DNA of 64,000 nucleotides from Candidatus Latescibacterota bacterium (GTDB lineage Bacteria > Latescibacterota > UBA2968 > UBA8231). Shown piece by piece: positions 1 to 9,251 of this stretch. Under the pieces are notes generated by a model. It searched no databases and was not told where the DNA came from. It saw only the letters and a program-made list of their open reading frames with translations. Location: contig OZ242005.1 of NCBI GenBank assembly GCA_965204725.1, positions 2,432,001 through 2,496,000 of the forward strand, read 5' to 3'. The position numbers and the translations under genes are program-made. Every line of letters starts with the position of its first letter. Position 1 is the first letter of the stretch.

Positions 1-948
1 TTCGACTTCCGCGACGAAATCCTCCAAGAGTTGCAAGAGGAAAGGCTCGGGGAAGCGCGGGCGGCGCGGGCCGAGCAGTTGGCCCACCAATACGACTGGA
101 CCCTCCACGAGCCGGGATGGCGTCTCCTGCTCAAAAAGGGGCCGCTGTCGATCTCCTTAGCGGAAGAACAGACGCCTTTGTTCGAGTTTGCCGGTGGCCA
201 AGTCCCCCTAGGCGAGCTACTCGACCAACTCAAAAGCCGCAATATCAACGCCCCAGCCGACAGCGCCGCCTTAGTCCAGCTTGCCGAGCGCGTACTGCTC
301 CAGCCTTACATCTTTGCGGCCGCGGCCCGCCACGAGGAACTAATTGACCGCGAGGCCCTCGCAACGGTGCGGCAGAGCCTGCGTGAAGAGGTCGTCATAA
401 GCCAACTGCGCCAGCAAAAAGTAGTCGCATCCATCGCCATCGCCCCAGAGGCCGTGCGCCGCTACTACGACGAGCAAACCGAGCGCTTCTATGGCCGGGA
501 CCAGATCGACGTGGCCGAAGTGCTCGTCGAGACCGAGGAAGAGGCCCTCGCCGTGCGGCGGCAAATCGAAGCCGGGGCCGCCATCGCCGCCATCGCCCAA
601 CAGCGCAGCAAACGCCGCGGCGCCCAAGCGCGGGGCGGAGTCTTTCCCTTGGAGAAAACCTCGGACTTAGTGCCCCATATCCTAGCCGCGCAGCCGGGCG
701 AGTTGGTCGGGCCAGTCCCAGTCCACGACGGCTTCTCGGTATTTACCATAGTCCGCCGCCAACCGGGGGAGCGCATGCCTTTCGCTCAAGTCCGCCGTCA
801 GATTGGCGACCAGTTGCGCCGGGCCGAGGAGCGGGAGCGGTTCCAAGCCTACATCGAAACCCTGCGCCGCCAATACGCCGATCGGATCCAAGTGGACCAA
901 GCGCAATTAGCGGCCGCCCTCCCCGACGATTTCCTCGCCGCTTTCTAG
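1..948 (+). CDS. Parvulin/PpiC-type peptidyl-prolyl isomerase-like chaperone (SurA/PrsA-like), 5'-truncated by the window edge
   Basis: Frame is open from base 1. Rotamase-like segment IDVAEVLVETEEEA...AIAQQRS...RGG...QPGELVGPVPVHDGFSVF. C-terminus LAAALPDDFL matches paralog 48632-50371 (LEAALPDTFL). Confidence 0.8.
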   Translation, partial: FDFRDEILQELQEERLGEARAARAEQLAHQYDWTLHEPGWRLLLKKGPLSISLAEEQTPLFEFAGGQVPLGELLDQLKSRNINAPADSAALVQLAERVLLQPYIFAAAARHEELIDREALATVRQSLREEVVISQLRQQKVVASIAIAPEAVRRYYDEQTERFYGRDQIDVAEVLVETEEEALAVRRQIEAGAAIAAIAQQRSKRRGAQARGGVFPLEKTSDLVPHILAAQPGELVGPVPVHDGFSVFTIVRRQPGERMPFAQVRRQIGDQLRRAEERERFQAYIETLRRQYADRIQVDQAQLAAALPDDFLAAF

Positions 949-957
949 AGAGACGCC

Positions 958-3900
958 ATGAACCGCAAGCACTACAGCCGTTGGAGCCGAGTTGGGGCCT
1001 TGGCCTTGGGGTGGTTGGCCCTTCAGCCCGTCAGCGCCCAAGCCCCCTTAGGCCACCGCCTACAGGGCGACCGCATCCTCGTCGATCAGGCTTCCTACTG
1101 GCGGCACTGGAGCGGGCCTTCGCACGTGGTCGATGTGCATTTAGACGGGACGGTTAGGCCCCATTTCTTTCGCCACGTGTACGACATCATTGCCGAAGAC
1201 CGCACGGTATTTGCCAAACCCGTGGCCCGACCGGGCATCCGCAAGGCGGACCGGGCGATTATGAACCTCGGGCGCACCCCGACGTTGGAAGCGGACGGCA
1301 GCTTGGCCCTCGGCAAATCCGAGCAATTGATCAAGTTCCTCAACCGCGACTTCAAACGCTTCCCCGGCAACGACAGCCAAATCCCCCTGAACGGCCGGCT
1401 CCTAACCATCATGGATACCACGCTCAGCCGCGACGGCAAGACCGTGACCCTGAGCTTGCGCGACGAGCGCACGGGCGCCGCATCGACCCGCGAGTTTGGC
1501 ACCAAGGACAAAATCGCATTTCCGGTGTACGACTACGTCCAGCGCGTCGGCGTCAGCCGGGTCGGTTCCAACGAGGCCCTAGCCCCCCACATTGTCGATG
1601 GCGACCGCACCACCTTTTGGGAACCGGACTTAACGGCCCCCCCAGACCAATGGTGGATCGAAATCGACTTGGGCCGCGCAGTCGTGGTCGAGAAAGTGGT
1701 GCTGCACTTTGTCGATGCGACCTTGGGCGATCCCTTCCGCCAATTCCGCGTCATGCTAGCCCCCCAGCAAAAGCTCATTCAAGCGCAAAGCCGCGTCCTC
1801 CAATTCAAGGTGGTCGGCCAGACCCGAGCGCCCAATACGGACCAGCGGACGGTGGCGTTTTCTTCTGCGGACACGCCCGGCTTTTCCGAAGACGACGACG
1901 GCCGCACCGAGTGGACCGGCCGCATGGCCCAGACCGTGCGCATTCTCATCGGCGACAGCAAGCTGGGGCGGGCACACCCCATCGACGAGGCGGCGTGGGA
2001 TGCGTTGCCGGCCGCCGAGCGCGGCGATGTGCTCTACTATATCCGCGACGACGTCGGCTTTGAGGAGCCAGTGGCGCAGGCCATTTACGAGAGCCTTCCC
2101 CAAGACCAGCAAGGCCGCAAAGAGTACTATATCCGCGAGCGGCCCCGGCTGGCCGAGGTCGAGGTCTGGGGTTGGGGCGACAACCTATCGCCCAAGCTCA
2201 TTGACGGCGGCGGCAGCGTCCGCTTTACTGGGCCGGAAGTCCCGGCCGGCGGCTTTGACGGCGACTGGAACACCACCTTTCGCATGCCGGCTTGGTTTAG
2301 TTCCAACCCCACCGCTGGCATTCTCACCGTCGATATTGGCGCCCGCGTCTGGCTCGATGCCATGCGCTTGGCCGTTCCCTTTATTCCCGGCTATATCGCC
2401 GAGGTGGCCGACGGCAGCCGCGATCCCAACGGCCAGCTCCGGTGGCGTCAGATCAGCCTACCCGACCGCATGGAAGGGGGATTCACGCGCGCCGCCGACC
2501 TGTTTGACCCCCCCCTAGATATTCGCTTCCTCAACCTGCGCCTGCCGGGTATCGCCCGGACTTCGGGCTTTTTCTACGACCTGACCGAAGTCCTGCTCTA
2601 TACCCAAGGGTTTGTCAGCCAAGCCTCGTTGGTGTCCGATATCATCCGCCTGCCGGGGCCGCGCAACTTCGGGGCCATCCGCTGGGATCCGCCCCCCGAC
2701 GCCCAACCGCCCGGCACGACCGCGGAAGTGCGGACGCGCACCGGCGACCTGCTGGTGCAGCAAATTCGCCATTTCGACGTCAACGGCAACGAGAAAACCA
2801 AAGCAGAGTGGGACAAGCTGATCAGCAGTTGGAAGGGGCCGATTGACACCACCTTTGCCCTCGGCAGCGGCTGGAGTCCTTGGAGCCAGCAGTACCTGCG
2901 GCCGGGCGACCGAGTCCGGTCCCCAGGACTACACAATTACATGCAGTTGCAGGTGCGCTTTACCAGCCAAGATCGCCTCCAAGCGGCCTCCATTCGGTCG
3001 ATTGAAGTCAAGCTCGCTCCGCCCGTAGCCCGCGCCCTCACCGCCGAAGTATGGCCCACGCAGGCCGCGATTGGCCGGTTGGACACCTTTGACCTGTACC
3101 TGCGCCCGACATTCATAGACGCACCAGCGGCCGACCGCACCCCCGGCTTTGACGAAATCCTCCTCCAAGCCCCGCCCGGGCTCGCGCTGCACCTGTTGAG
3201 TCTGAGCATCGGCACCGACGAAGAGCTAGGCCGAGGAGCCCCCTTGCAGACGTTCACCCTAGCGGCCGATGGCGACCTGATTGACGCGGCCGGCAGCATC
3301 GCCCAAGTGCGGCGCAACCACGCCGACTCGATCTGGGTCCAACTACCCCAACTCCACGAGACCCTACCGGCGGAGTTGGCGGTTCAGACCTACCATCGCA
3401 TTACCCCCCAAGGGGCCGAAGTCATCGTGGGCGCGGGCGGCGACCGGATCACCGAAGCGGCCTACGGGCTGCTCACCGAGGCCGAGCGCGGGGCCATCCT
3501 CTTTTTGCGGCAAACGGCCGATGGCCTGCAAGCGGTCTCGGGCCGGGCTGAGTACGAGGCCCTGCCCTCGGCCGAGCAAGGGCCGATTCGCTACTTTCGC
3601 AAACTGCGCGGCGGCGGGGCCCAATCGTCCTTTGACGCCTTGGGCGACTCCCTGACGCGCTCAGCGTACTACGCGCTGCCCCCAGCCGAGCGCGGGGCTG
3701 TCTTGGGGCAAGGCCGCTTGCTCCACTTGCGCTTTGCCGCGACCGTCTTTCGCAACGGAACCACCTTTACGCCGTTTGTGCGTCGCACAGCGGCGGGCGG
3801 CAACGGGAACTTGTGGCAGCAAGCCACTCCGGGCGATGCCACGTTGCTAACGGACAGCCGCCAACTGACCCTGAGCATTCCCGTGGGCGGGCAAGTCCTC

Positions 3901-4218
3901 GGCGACCTGACCTTGGCCCCCAATCCATTTACGCCCAACGGCGACGGGGTCAACGACGAACTCACGGTCGCGTTTTCCATCTTCCAAGTGACCCAAGCCC
4001 GCCAAGCGCGTCTGCGGCTCTACGCCCTAAACGGGCGGCTGATCTGGGAAACTAGCACCCAAGTGGCCGGTGGCCCCCAACAGATTCGCTGGTCCGGTCG
4101 CGACGCCGCCGGCCGCACCGTACCGCCCGGACTCTATATCTGCCGGATTGACTTCGGCGCGGATTCGGACCGGGCCGCGGCCACGGCCTTGGCCCGCACC
4201 GTGGCCGTAGTCTATTAA
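958..4218 (+). CDS. Large secreted protein: signal peptide, discoidin/F5-8-like domains, C-terminal CHU_C/FlgD-Ig-like domain ending VVY
   Basis: 1086-aa ORF. Signal-like N-terminus (..QPVSA/QA); IVDGDRTTFWEP..WWIEIDLG; NPFTPNGDGVND; WSGRDAAGRTVPPGLY; ends TVAVVY. Collinear with 45926-48610. Confidence 0.8.
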   Translation: MNRKHYSRWSRVGALALGWLALQPVSAQAPLGHRLQGDRILVDQASYWRHWSGPSHVVDVHLDGTVRPHFFRHVYDIIAEDRTVFAKPVARPGIRKADRAIMNLGRTPTLEADGSLALGKSEQLIKFLNRDFKRFPGNDSQIPLNGRLLTIMDTTLSRDGKTVTLSLRDERTGAASTREFGTKDKIAFPVYDYVQRVGVSRVGSNEALAPHIVDGDRTTFWEPDLTAPPDQWWIEIDLGRAVVVEKVVLHFVDATLGDPFRQFRVMLAPQQKLIQAQSRVLQFKVVGQTRAPNTDQRTVAFSSADTPGFSEDDDGRTEWTGRMAQTVRILIGDSKLGRAHPIDEAAWDALPAAERGDVLYYIRDDVGFEEPVAQAIYESLPQDQQGRKEYYIRERPRLAEVEVWGWGDNLSPKLIDGGGSVRFTGPEVPAGGFDGDWNTTFRMPAWFSSNPTAGILTVDIGARVWLDAMRLAVPFIPGYIAEVADGSRDPNGQLRWRQISLPDRMEGGFTRAADLFDPPLDIRFLNLRLPGIARTSGFFYDLTEVLLYTQGFVSQASLVSDIIRLPGPRNFGAIRWDPPPDAQPPGTTAEVRTRTGDLLVQQIRHFDVNGNEKTKAEWDKLISSWKGPIDTTFALGSGWSPWSQQYLRPGDRVRSPGLHNYMQLQVRFTSQDRLQAASIRSIEVKLAPPVARALTAEVWPTQAAIGRLDTFDLYLRPTFIDAPAADRTPGFDEILLQAPPGLALHLLSLSIGTDEELGRGAPLQTFTLAADGDLIDAAGSIAQVRRNHADSIWVQLPQLHETLPAELAVQTYHRITPQGAEVIVGAGGDRITEAAYGLLTEAERGAILFLRQTADGLQAVSGRAEYEALPSAEQGPIRYFRKLRGGGAQSSFDALGDSLTRSAYYALPPAERGAVLGQGRLLHLRFAATVFRNGTTFTPFVRRTAAGGNGNLWQQATPGDATLLTDSRQLTLSIPVGGQVLGDLTLAPNPFTPNGDGVNDELTVAFSIFQVTQARQARLRLYALNGRLIWETSTQVAGGPQQIRWSGRDAAGRTVPPGLYICRIDFGADSDRAAATALARTVAVVY

Positions 4219-4242
4219 CCTACACGAGCCAAAGGGAAAATT

Positions 4243-6903
4243 ATGGAAGCGATCAGGCTAAAAACCGCGTCGGTGTCGGTGGTTTTGAGCTGCTTGCTCA
4301 GCCCGGCTTACAGCCAACCCGACTATGGGACGCGGCTGGGCGTCCCCCGCGGGAGCGGCGAGACCAGCTACGCCCCTTATGGCCCGGGCGTCCTCTTCGA
4401 CGCGCTGGACCCGGCCATTAAAAAGTGGTACGTGCCGCAGGAGCTCTACAACGAGTACCGCTGGCGTCAGTGGGAGTACAGCAACTACGCCCGCCACCAG
4501 TACCAGCGCTACGTCGATATCCAGCTAGAGGGCGACTACTACTACGACCTATTTGGCAACGCCATCACCCGCGGCTGGCTCATCTTTAGCAACTCCCAGA
4601 CCCAGCCGCGGCAATTTGGCAGCTCGCTGGTCAAGGCGACTCGCTTCAACAACTGGTTTTCGGGCGTGGCGATTGCCTCGGACAGCAAGGGGCAGTACCA
4701 CTACGCCCTGACCGTGTCGAATCGCCTGCGCACCACGCTCACCCCGATGAGCTTTTCCAAACCCGCTTGGGACGGGGTGCAATTCGACTTGGCGACCGAC
4801 AAGTACCAAGGCACCGTCATCTACTCGCGCCTTAGTTCGCCCGGCGGGGCCTCAACCGACAACACCGAAGTCCTCACCACCAACCTCACCACGCTCATGG
4901 GGGGACGGGCCACCGCTCAGATCGGCGACTTCACCCAACTCGGGGTCCACTTCGTCAACACCCACCAATCCAACACCCTGCGCGACGGCTTTAAGGGCAA
5001 CCCCATTGCCGGGGCCTTGACCGTGGACCAGAACCAGACCGTTTCCTTTATCGAGCTGGTCCTGCGCGACGACTCGCCCGAAGACGGCAGCGGGGGCGCG
5101 GCCTTCTTCCCGGTGGGTTCGGACATCCTCATTACGTACAACGACGGCGCGGTGGACCGCGGCCGGGAAATCCGCTTTGAACCCGCCATCCAAGGGGGGT
5201 TCGTGCAAGAAGGCTTTATCTCGGCCGATGGGTCTGAAGAGATCCGCCTGCTCTACGACTTCGACACGCCGGCCTTCGTCAACCGGGCCTCGGGTCCCAA
5301 AGAAGAAATCGCCCAAGTCGAGTTCGAGCTGACCATTGGCAACGACTATCAGGTGTGGATGACGTCCAACAACCAGACCAATCGCAGCGGCGAACCGGTG
5401 CTGTTGCTCGTGGCGCAGGCCGAGGGCAACGTGCAGGACAACACCAACCTGCGCATCCTCAAATTCGAGTACGGCTTGCCGACGGCGACCCAAATTGTCG
5501 GGGCCACCCTAGAGCTGCGGGATGTGGCCGGCTTCAACTTCTACGGCGAGTACGATCTGAGTGTGGCGTACCGCAAATACCCCAGCGTGACGCGGACCAG
5601 CCACACCACTTCGGCCGGCGTGGCCGGGGAGCAGGTCGAGCCCGCTTGGATGATCAACCTGTCCAAGGTCGCCCATCCGTGGTTCTTTTTTGGCGAAGCG
5701 TACAGCATGGACCCGCTCTACAACACCCGCACCTTTGTCACCGGCTCGGCCGGCAACATCGACTACGAAAACGAGCGGTTCCACGTGGTCGAGCTGGTCG
5801 AGGACAACGACGATCAAGACCGGGCACCCGACCTCGTGCGCGCCGATTCCCAAGCCGGCGACCGCCGAGTCTTTCCCGGCTGGGACGAAAATTACGACTT
5901 CATCTCGGACTTCAACCAAAACGACAACCTAACCATCTCCAACGGCATTCCCGACTACGACGAAGCCTTCCTCCGCCACCGCGTCGATCGCCCCGACTTC
6001 CTCTACGGGATTGACATGAACAACAATCTGTGGGTTGACCGCTTTGAAAACGACGAATCCCCAGACTATCCCTATCAGAAAGACCACCGAGGGTTCAACG
6101 TATATCTGGGCTACCGGCTGACCCCGGACCTCCGCCTTACCGTCGGGCACTTGCGCGAGGAACTCATCTCGGCCGACAAGCGCAATCACACGTCCTACGC
6201 CCTGTTGAGCCTAGACCGGGACGATCCCCAACAGGGGCGCGTCCGCTTTATGCAGATGGTCAAGCTGGCCCAAGACAACATGCCGGACGACCTGCTGCAG
6301 TGGTTCCCGGAAAACACGCAACGCGACGGCCAGTTGCAAAAAGTGGTAGATCCTCTTTTGGCCCAAGACACTTGGATCAATACCACTTGGCTGGGACACT
6401 CCTACAACCGCGGCGGCTTGGAGACGTACAACTATCTCAACTTGGAGCTTTTTCACCAGCGCGACGAAGCGGCCCGGCGCACGACGGACTCCTTTTTTGG
6501 CGTCATCAACAAATTCAGCTATCGCTACGATCTAGGGGCGGTCCAACTCGAGCCGCGCTGGAAAAGCGAATTCCGGCGTCAGACCGTGGGGCTGTTCACC
6601 GCCGACGAGGAGACCGTGCTGACCGAGATCTTGGGGTTCCTCTTGGGGTTTCCCATCCTCAACAACACCCGCATTCAAACCGGGATCGAGTACTCGTTCG
6701 CCAACGACATGAAGCGCGACAACAACGATTTCACCGGGCTGGCCGGCGCCTTGCAGCTAGCTAATGTGAGTTCCTACTTGGGCTACGAGGTATCCGCCCA
6801 AGTGGGGCTCAAAGCCGATTGGCGCGATTTCAAAAGCATTGAACGCGAATCCGAAATCCTGACCCAAGGCTTTATCACCCTGTATGCTGGCTTGGGCAAA
6901 TAA
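4243..6903 (+). CDS. Conserved ~890-aa exported protein, putative outer-membrane beta-barrel with Asp-rich Ca-binding-like motifs
   Basis: Signal peptide (..SPAYS/QP). Long near-identical blocks with 53403-56096 (WYVPQELY, WEYSNYAR, RGWLI, VEDNDDQDR, GIDMNNN). Alternating hydrophobic beta-strand pattern toward the C-terminus. Confidence 0.7.
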   Translation: MEAIRLKTASVSVVLSCLLSPAYSQPDYGTRLGVPRGSGETSYAPYGPGVLFDALDPAIKKWYVPQELYNEYRWRQWEYSNYARHQYQRYVDIQLEGDYYYDLFGNAITRGWLIFSNSQTQPRQFGSSLVKATRFNNWFSGVAIASDSKGQYHYALTVSNRLRTTLTPMSFSKPAWDGVQFDLATDKYQGTVIYSRLSSPGGASTDNTEVLTTNLTTLMGGRATAQIGDFTQLGVHFVNTHQSNTLRDGFKGNPIAGALTVDQNQTVSFIELVLRDDSPEDGSGGAAFFPVGSDILITYNDGAVDRGREIRFEPAIQGGFVQEGFISADGSEEIRLLYDFDTPAFVNRASGPKEEIAQVEFELTIGNDYQVWMTSNNQTNRSGEPVLLLVAQAEGNVQDNTNLRILKFEYGLPTATQIVGATLELRDVAGFNFYGEYDLSVAYRKYPSVTRTSHTTSAGVAGEQVEPAWMINLSKVAHPWFFFGEAYSMDPLYNTRTFVTGSAGNIDYENERFHVVELVEDNDDQDRAPDLVRADSQAGDRRVFPGWDENYDFISDFNQNDNLTISNGIPDYDEAFLRHRVDRPDFLYGIDMNNNLWVDRFENDESPDYPYQKDHRGFNVYLGYRLTPDLRLTVGHLREELISADKRNHTSYALLSLDRDDPQQGRVRFMQMVKLAQDNMPDDLLQWFPENTQRDGQLQKVVDPLLAQDTWINTTWLGHSYNRGGLETYNYLNLELFHQRDEAARRTTDSFFGVINKFSYRYDLGAVQLEPRWKSEFRRQTVGLFTADEETVLTEILGFLLGFPILNNTRIQTGIEYSFANDMKRDNNDFTGLAGALQLANVSSYLGYEVSAQVGLKADWRDFKSIERESEILTQGFITLYAGLGK

Positions 6904-9115
6904 GGCGCGGCCCTGGCACTCGCTGGCGGCCTTAGCAGTCTTGGCCTTGGGCCTGCGCCTAGCCTACCTGTTCCAAGCCGCGGACAGCCCTTTTTTCGAC
7001 GCGCCCATTGTAGATGCCCGAAGCTATACCGAATACGCCCACGAGTTGACGACCGGCACTTGGGCTGGGCGTCCGATGCCGTTCTGGCAAGCACCTTTTT
7101 ACCCGTACTTCCTAGCCGTTCTCTTCTCTCTTTTTGGCGAAAACTACTACCTGCCGCGGCTGCTCCAAGCCCTAGCCGGGACGACCACTTGCCTGATCGT
7201 CTTTAAGCTAGGTCGCACGGTCTTTTCGCCGACTGTAGGCTGGGTGGCCGGCTTAGGCGCGGCTTTGTACGGCCCCTTCCTCTACTTTGAGGGCGAACTT
7301 TTGCCCACGAGTTGGGCCGTGTTTTTCGACGCGGCACTGCTGGTGGTCTTGTTGCGGGGTCAGCGCCGGGGCGGCGTCTTGCCCGCGCTTAGTGCCGGTC
7401 TCGTCCTAGGGCTGGGGACCTTGGCCGTGCCGAATGTGTTGCTCTTTGCGCCGGTCGCGGCTTGGTGGGTGTACCGCATGGCAACGGGTCGCCGCGCCCT
7501 CCACGTGGCGGTCTTTGCCGCCGGTCTGCTACTGCTGGTCGGCCCGGTGACCCTGCGCAATCGCATCGTCGGCAACGAGTGGGTGCTCATCTCCTTCAAC
7601 GCGGGGGTCAACTTCTACATCGGCAACAACCCGGACTACGACCGCACCGTGGCCGCGCGGCCCGGAGCCGGGTGGAGCGAGGTGGTTGACTTGCCGCGAC
7701 GCGAGGCCGGCATCACCGAGCCGGGCGCGGGTTCAAGCTACCTTTTGGGCAAGGCTTGGGAGTATATACGCACCGATCCGAGCGGCTATGTGGCCCTGCT
7801 TTTGCACAAGGGCTACCTATTCTGGCAAGGAGCCGAGATCCCCCGCAATACCGATCCGTACGCCGCTGCTGAGTACTCGCCGCTGTTGCGCCTTTTGCTG
7901 TGGAAGTACGGCCTCGCGTTTCCCTTTGGGTTGGTCTCGGCCCTCGCCCTGCTCGGGGCGGCCTACGTCCTGCTCAAACCAGAGCGTCGCACTCCAGCGG
8001 CCTATCTCGTCTTGCTCTTTGCCGGGGTCTATATGCTGTCGGTGGTGCTGTTTTTCGTCACGGGCCGCTACCGCTTGCCGGCCGTGCCCTGTCTCTTGCT
8101 GCTGGCCGCCTATGGGGCTTGCACCTTGGCTGGTTTGCGCCGTAGGCCCTTGTATCTGTCGGCTGGGACCTTCGCCGGGCTGCTGGTGCTCACCAACGCC
8201 GGGACCGCAGCGACGAGCCCGCACGTAGCCGCCTTCCACCACTACTCGCTGGCCGCGGTCTATGAGAGTAAAGGCATGAAGACCAACGCCTTGCAGCACT
8301 ATCGCCGCGCCATCGAACTCGATCCGGCCCACGGCCGCGCCCTGCTGGGCCTGGCCTATATGTACGGAACGACCCAGCGCTACGATGATGCCGCTCACAC
8401 GTGGCGGCAATTCCTCAACCACTATCCCGACCAAGACGACGTCCGCCTCCAGCTAGCGGATTTTCTTCGGCTGCGGGGCCAGCCCCAAGAGGCGGCGGTC
8501 GAGTACCAAAAGCTCCTCGTGCGGCAGCCCGATCGAGCCGACCTCTACCTCCGCCTCGGTCGGGCCGAAGCCGCGGCCGGTCAATGGGTGCAAGCCGAAG
8601 CGGCCTATCGCCGCGCCCTCGAACTAGGCTCCCCGTCGGCTCACTACCTGCTAGGCCAGCTATACGAAGGCCAAGGCCAGCCTGCCCGCGCCGAGCAAGC
8701 CTATCAGCAGCTAATCGCCCTCCAACCCGATCATCTCGCCGGGTTGTGCCATTTAGCCGATCTGCTGCTCAAGCGGGGGGATGCGGAAACAGCCAAAAAC
8801 CATTTGCTCGCAGTGCTGACGCTCGACCCCGACAACGCCCACGCCTTGCGCAGCATGGGCACCTTAGAAGCCAACCAAGGCCAGTACCGCCAAGCCCTCC
8901 AGCGTTTTGAGCGCATCTTGCAACACCATCCCCGCGATTTGCCAGCCCGCCGCTCCCTATCCCACCTCCTGCTCAAAACGGGCCAGCGCGCCCGCGCCGA
9001 TGCCGAGTACGCACACTACCAACGCCTAAAGCGGCAGCACCGCATGCAGCAACAGACGCTAGAAAAAACCAAGGAACTAGCCGATCAACTGCGGCAGGTG
9101 TTCAAAGCGCACTAG
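6884..9115 (+). CDS. GT-C fold membrane glycosyltransferase (GT39/PMT/ArnT-like) with C-terminal TPR repeats
   Basis: Many TM segments; PIVDARSY, PFYPYFLA, NFYIGNNP and RYRLP motifs; TPR pattern (YRRAIELDP, AYRRALEL). Overlaps the upstream gene by 20 bp. Confidence 0.8.
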   Translation: MLAWANKARPWHSLAALAVLALGLRLAYLFQAADSPFFDAPIVDARSYTEYAHELTTGTWAGRPMPFWQAPFYPYFLAVLFSLFGENYYLPRLLQALAGTTTCLIVFKLGRTVFSPTVGWVAGLGAALYGPFLYFEGELLPTSWAVFFDAALLVVLLRGQRRGGVLPALSAGLVLGLGTLAVPNVLLFAPVAAWWVYRMATGRRALHVAVFAAGLLLLVGPVTLRNRIVGNEWVLISFNAGVNFYIGNNPDYDRTVAARPGAGWSEVVDLPRREAGITEPGAGSSYLLGKAWEYIRTDPSGYVALLLHKGYLFWQGAEIPRNTDPYAAAEYSPLLRLLLWKYGLAFPFGLVSALALLGAAYVLLKPERRTPAAYLVLLFAGVYMLSVVLFFVTGRYRLPAVPCLLLLAAYGACTLAGLRRRPLYLSAGTFAGLLVLTNAGTAATSPHVAAFHHYSLAAVYESKGMKTNALQHYRRAIELDPAHGRALLGLAYMYGTTQRYDDAAHTWRQFLNHYPDQDDVRLQLADFLRLRGQPQEAAVEYQKLLVRQPDRADLYLRLGRAEAAAGQWVQAEAAYRRALELGSPSAHYLLGQLYEGQGQPARAEQAYQQLIALQPDHLAGLCHLADLLLKRGDAETAKNHLLAVLTLDPDNAHALRSMGTLEANQGQYRQALQRFERILQHHPRDLPARRSLSHLLLKTGQRARADAEYAHYQRLKRQHRMQQQTLEKTKELADQLRQVFKAH

Positions 9116-9130
9116 ACGTGCCGTTATATG

Positions 9131-9251
9131 GTTGCGTTGAATAAGCCAGAATAAGCCAGAATAAGCCAGAATAAGCCAACTCATTAAATCACAAATAGTT
9201 GCGTTATTAGAACACCGAATAAGCCAAATAAGCCAAGCTATTAAATCACAA
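9131..9251. repeat. Tandem GAATAAGCCA array nested in an imperfect direct duplication
   Basis: GAATAAGCCA x4 at 9139-9178, again at 9217-9226, plus AATAAGCCA at 9227-9235. GTTGCGTT at 9131 and 9198. ATTAAATCACAA at 9183 and 9240. Confidence 0.9.

Noticed and set aside
9139-9235. Possible CRISPR array
   Set aside because: Units are 9-10 bp and directly tandem with no unique spacers; no cas genes in the window.
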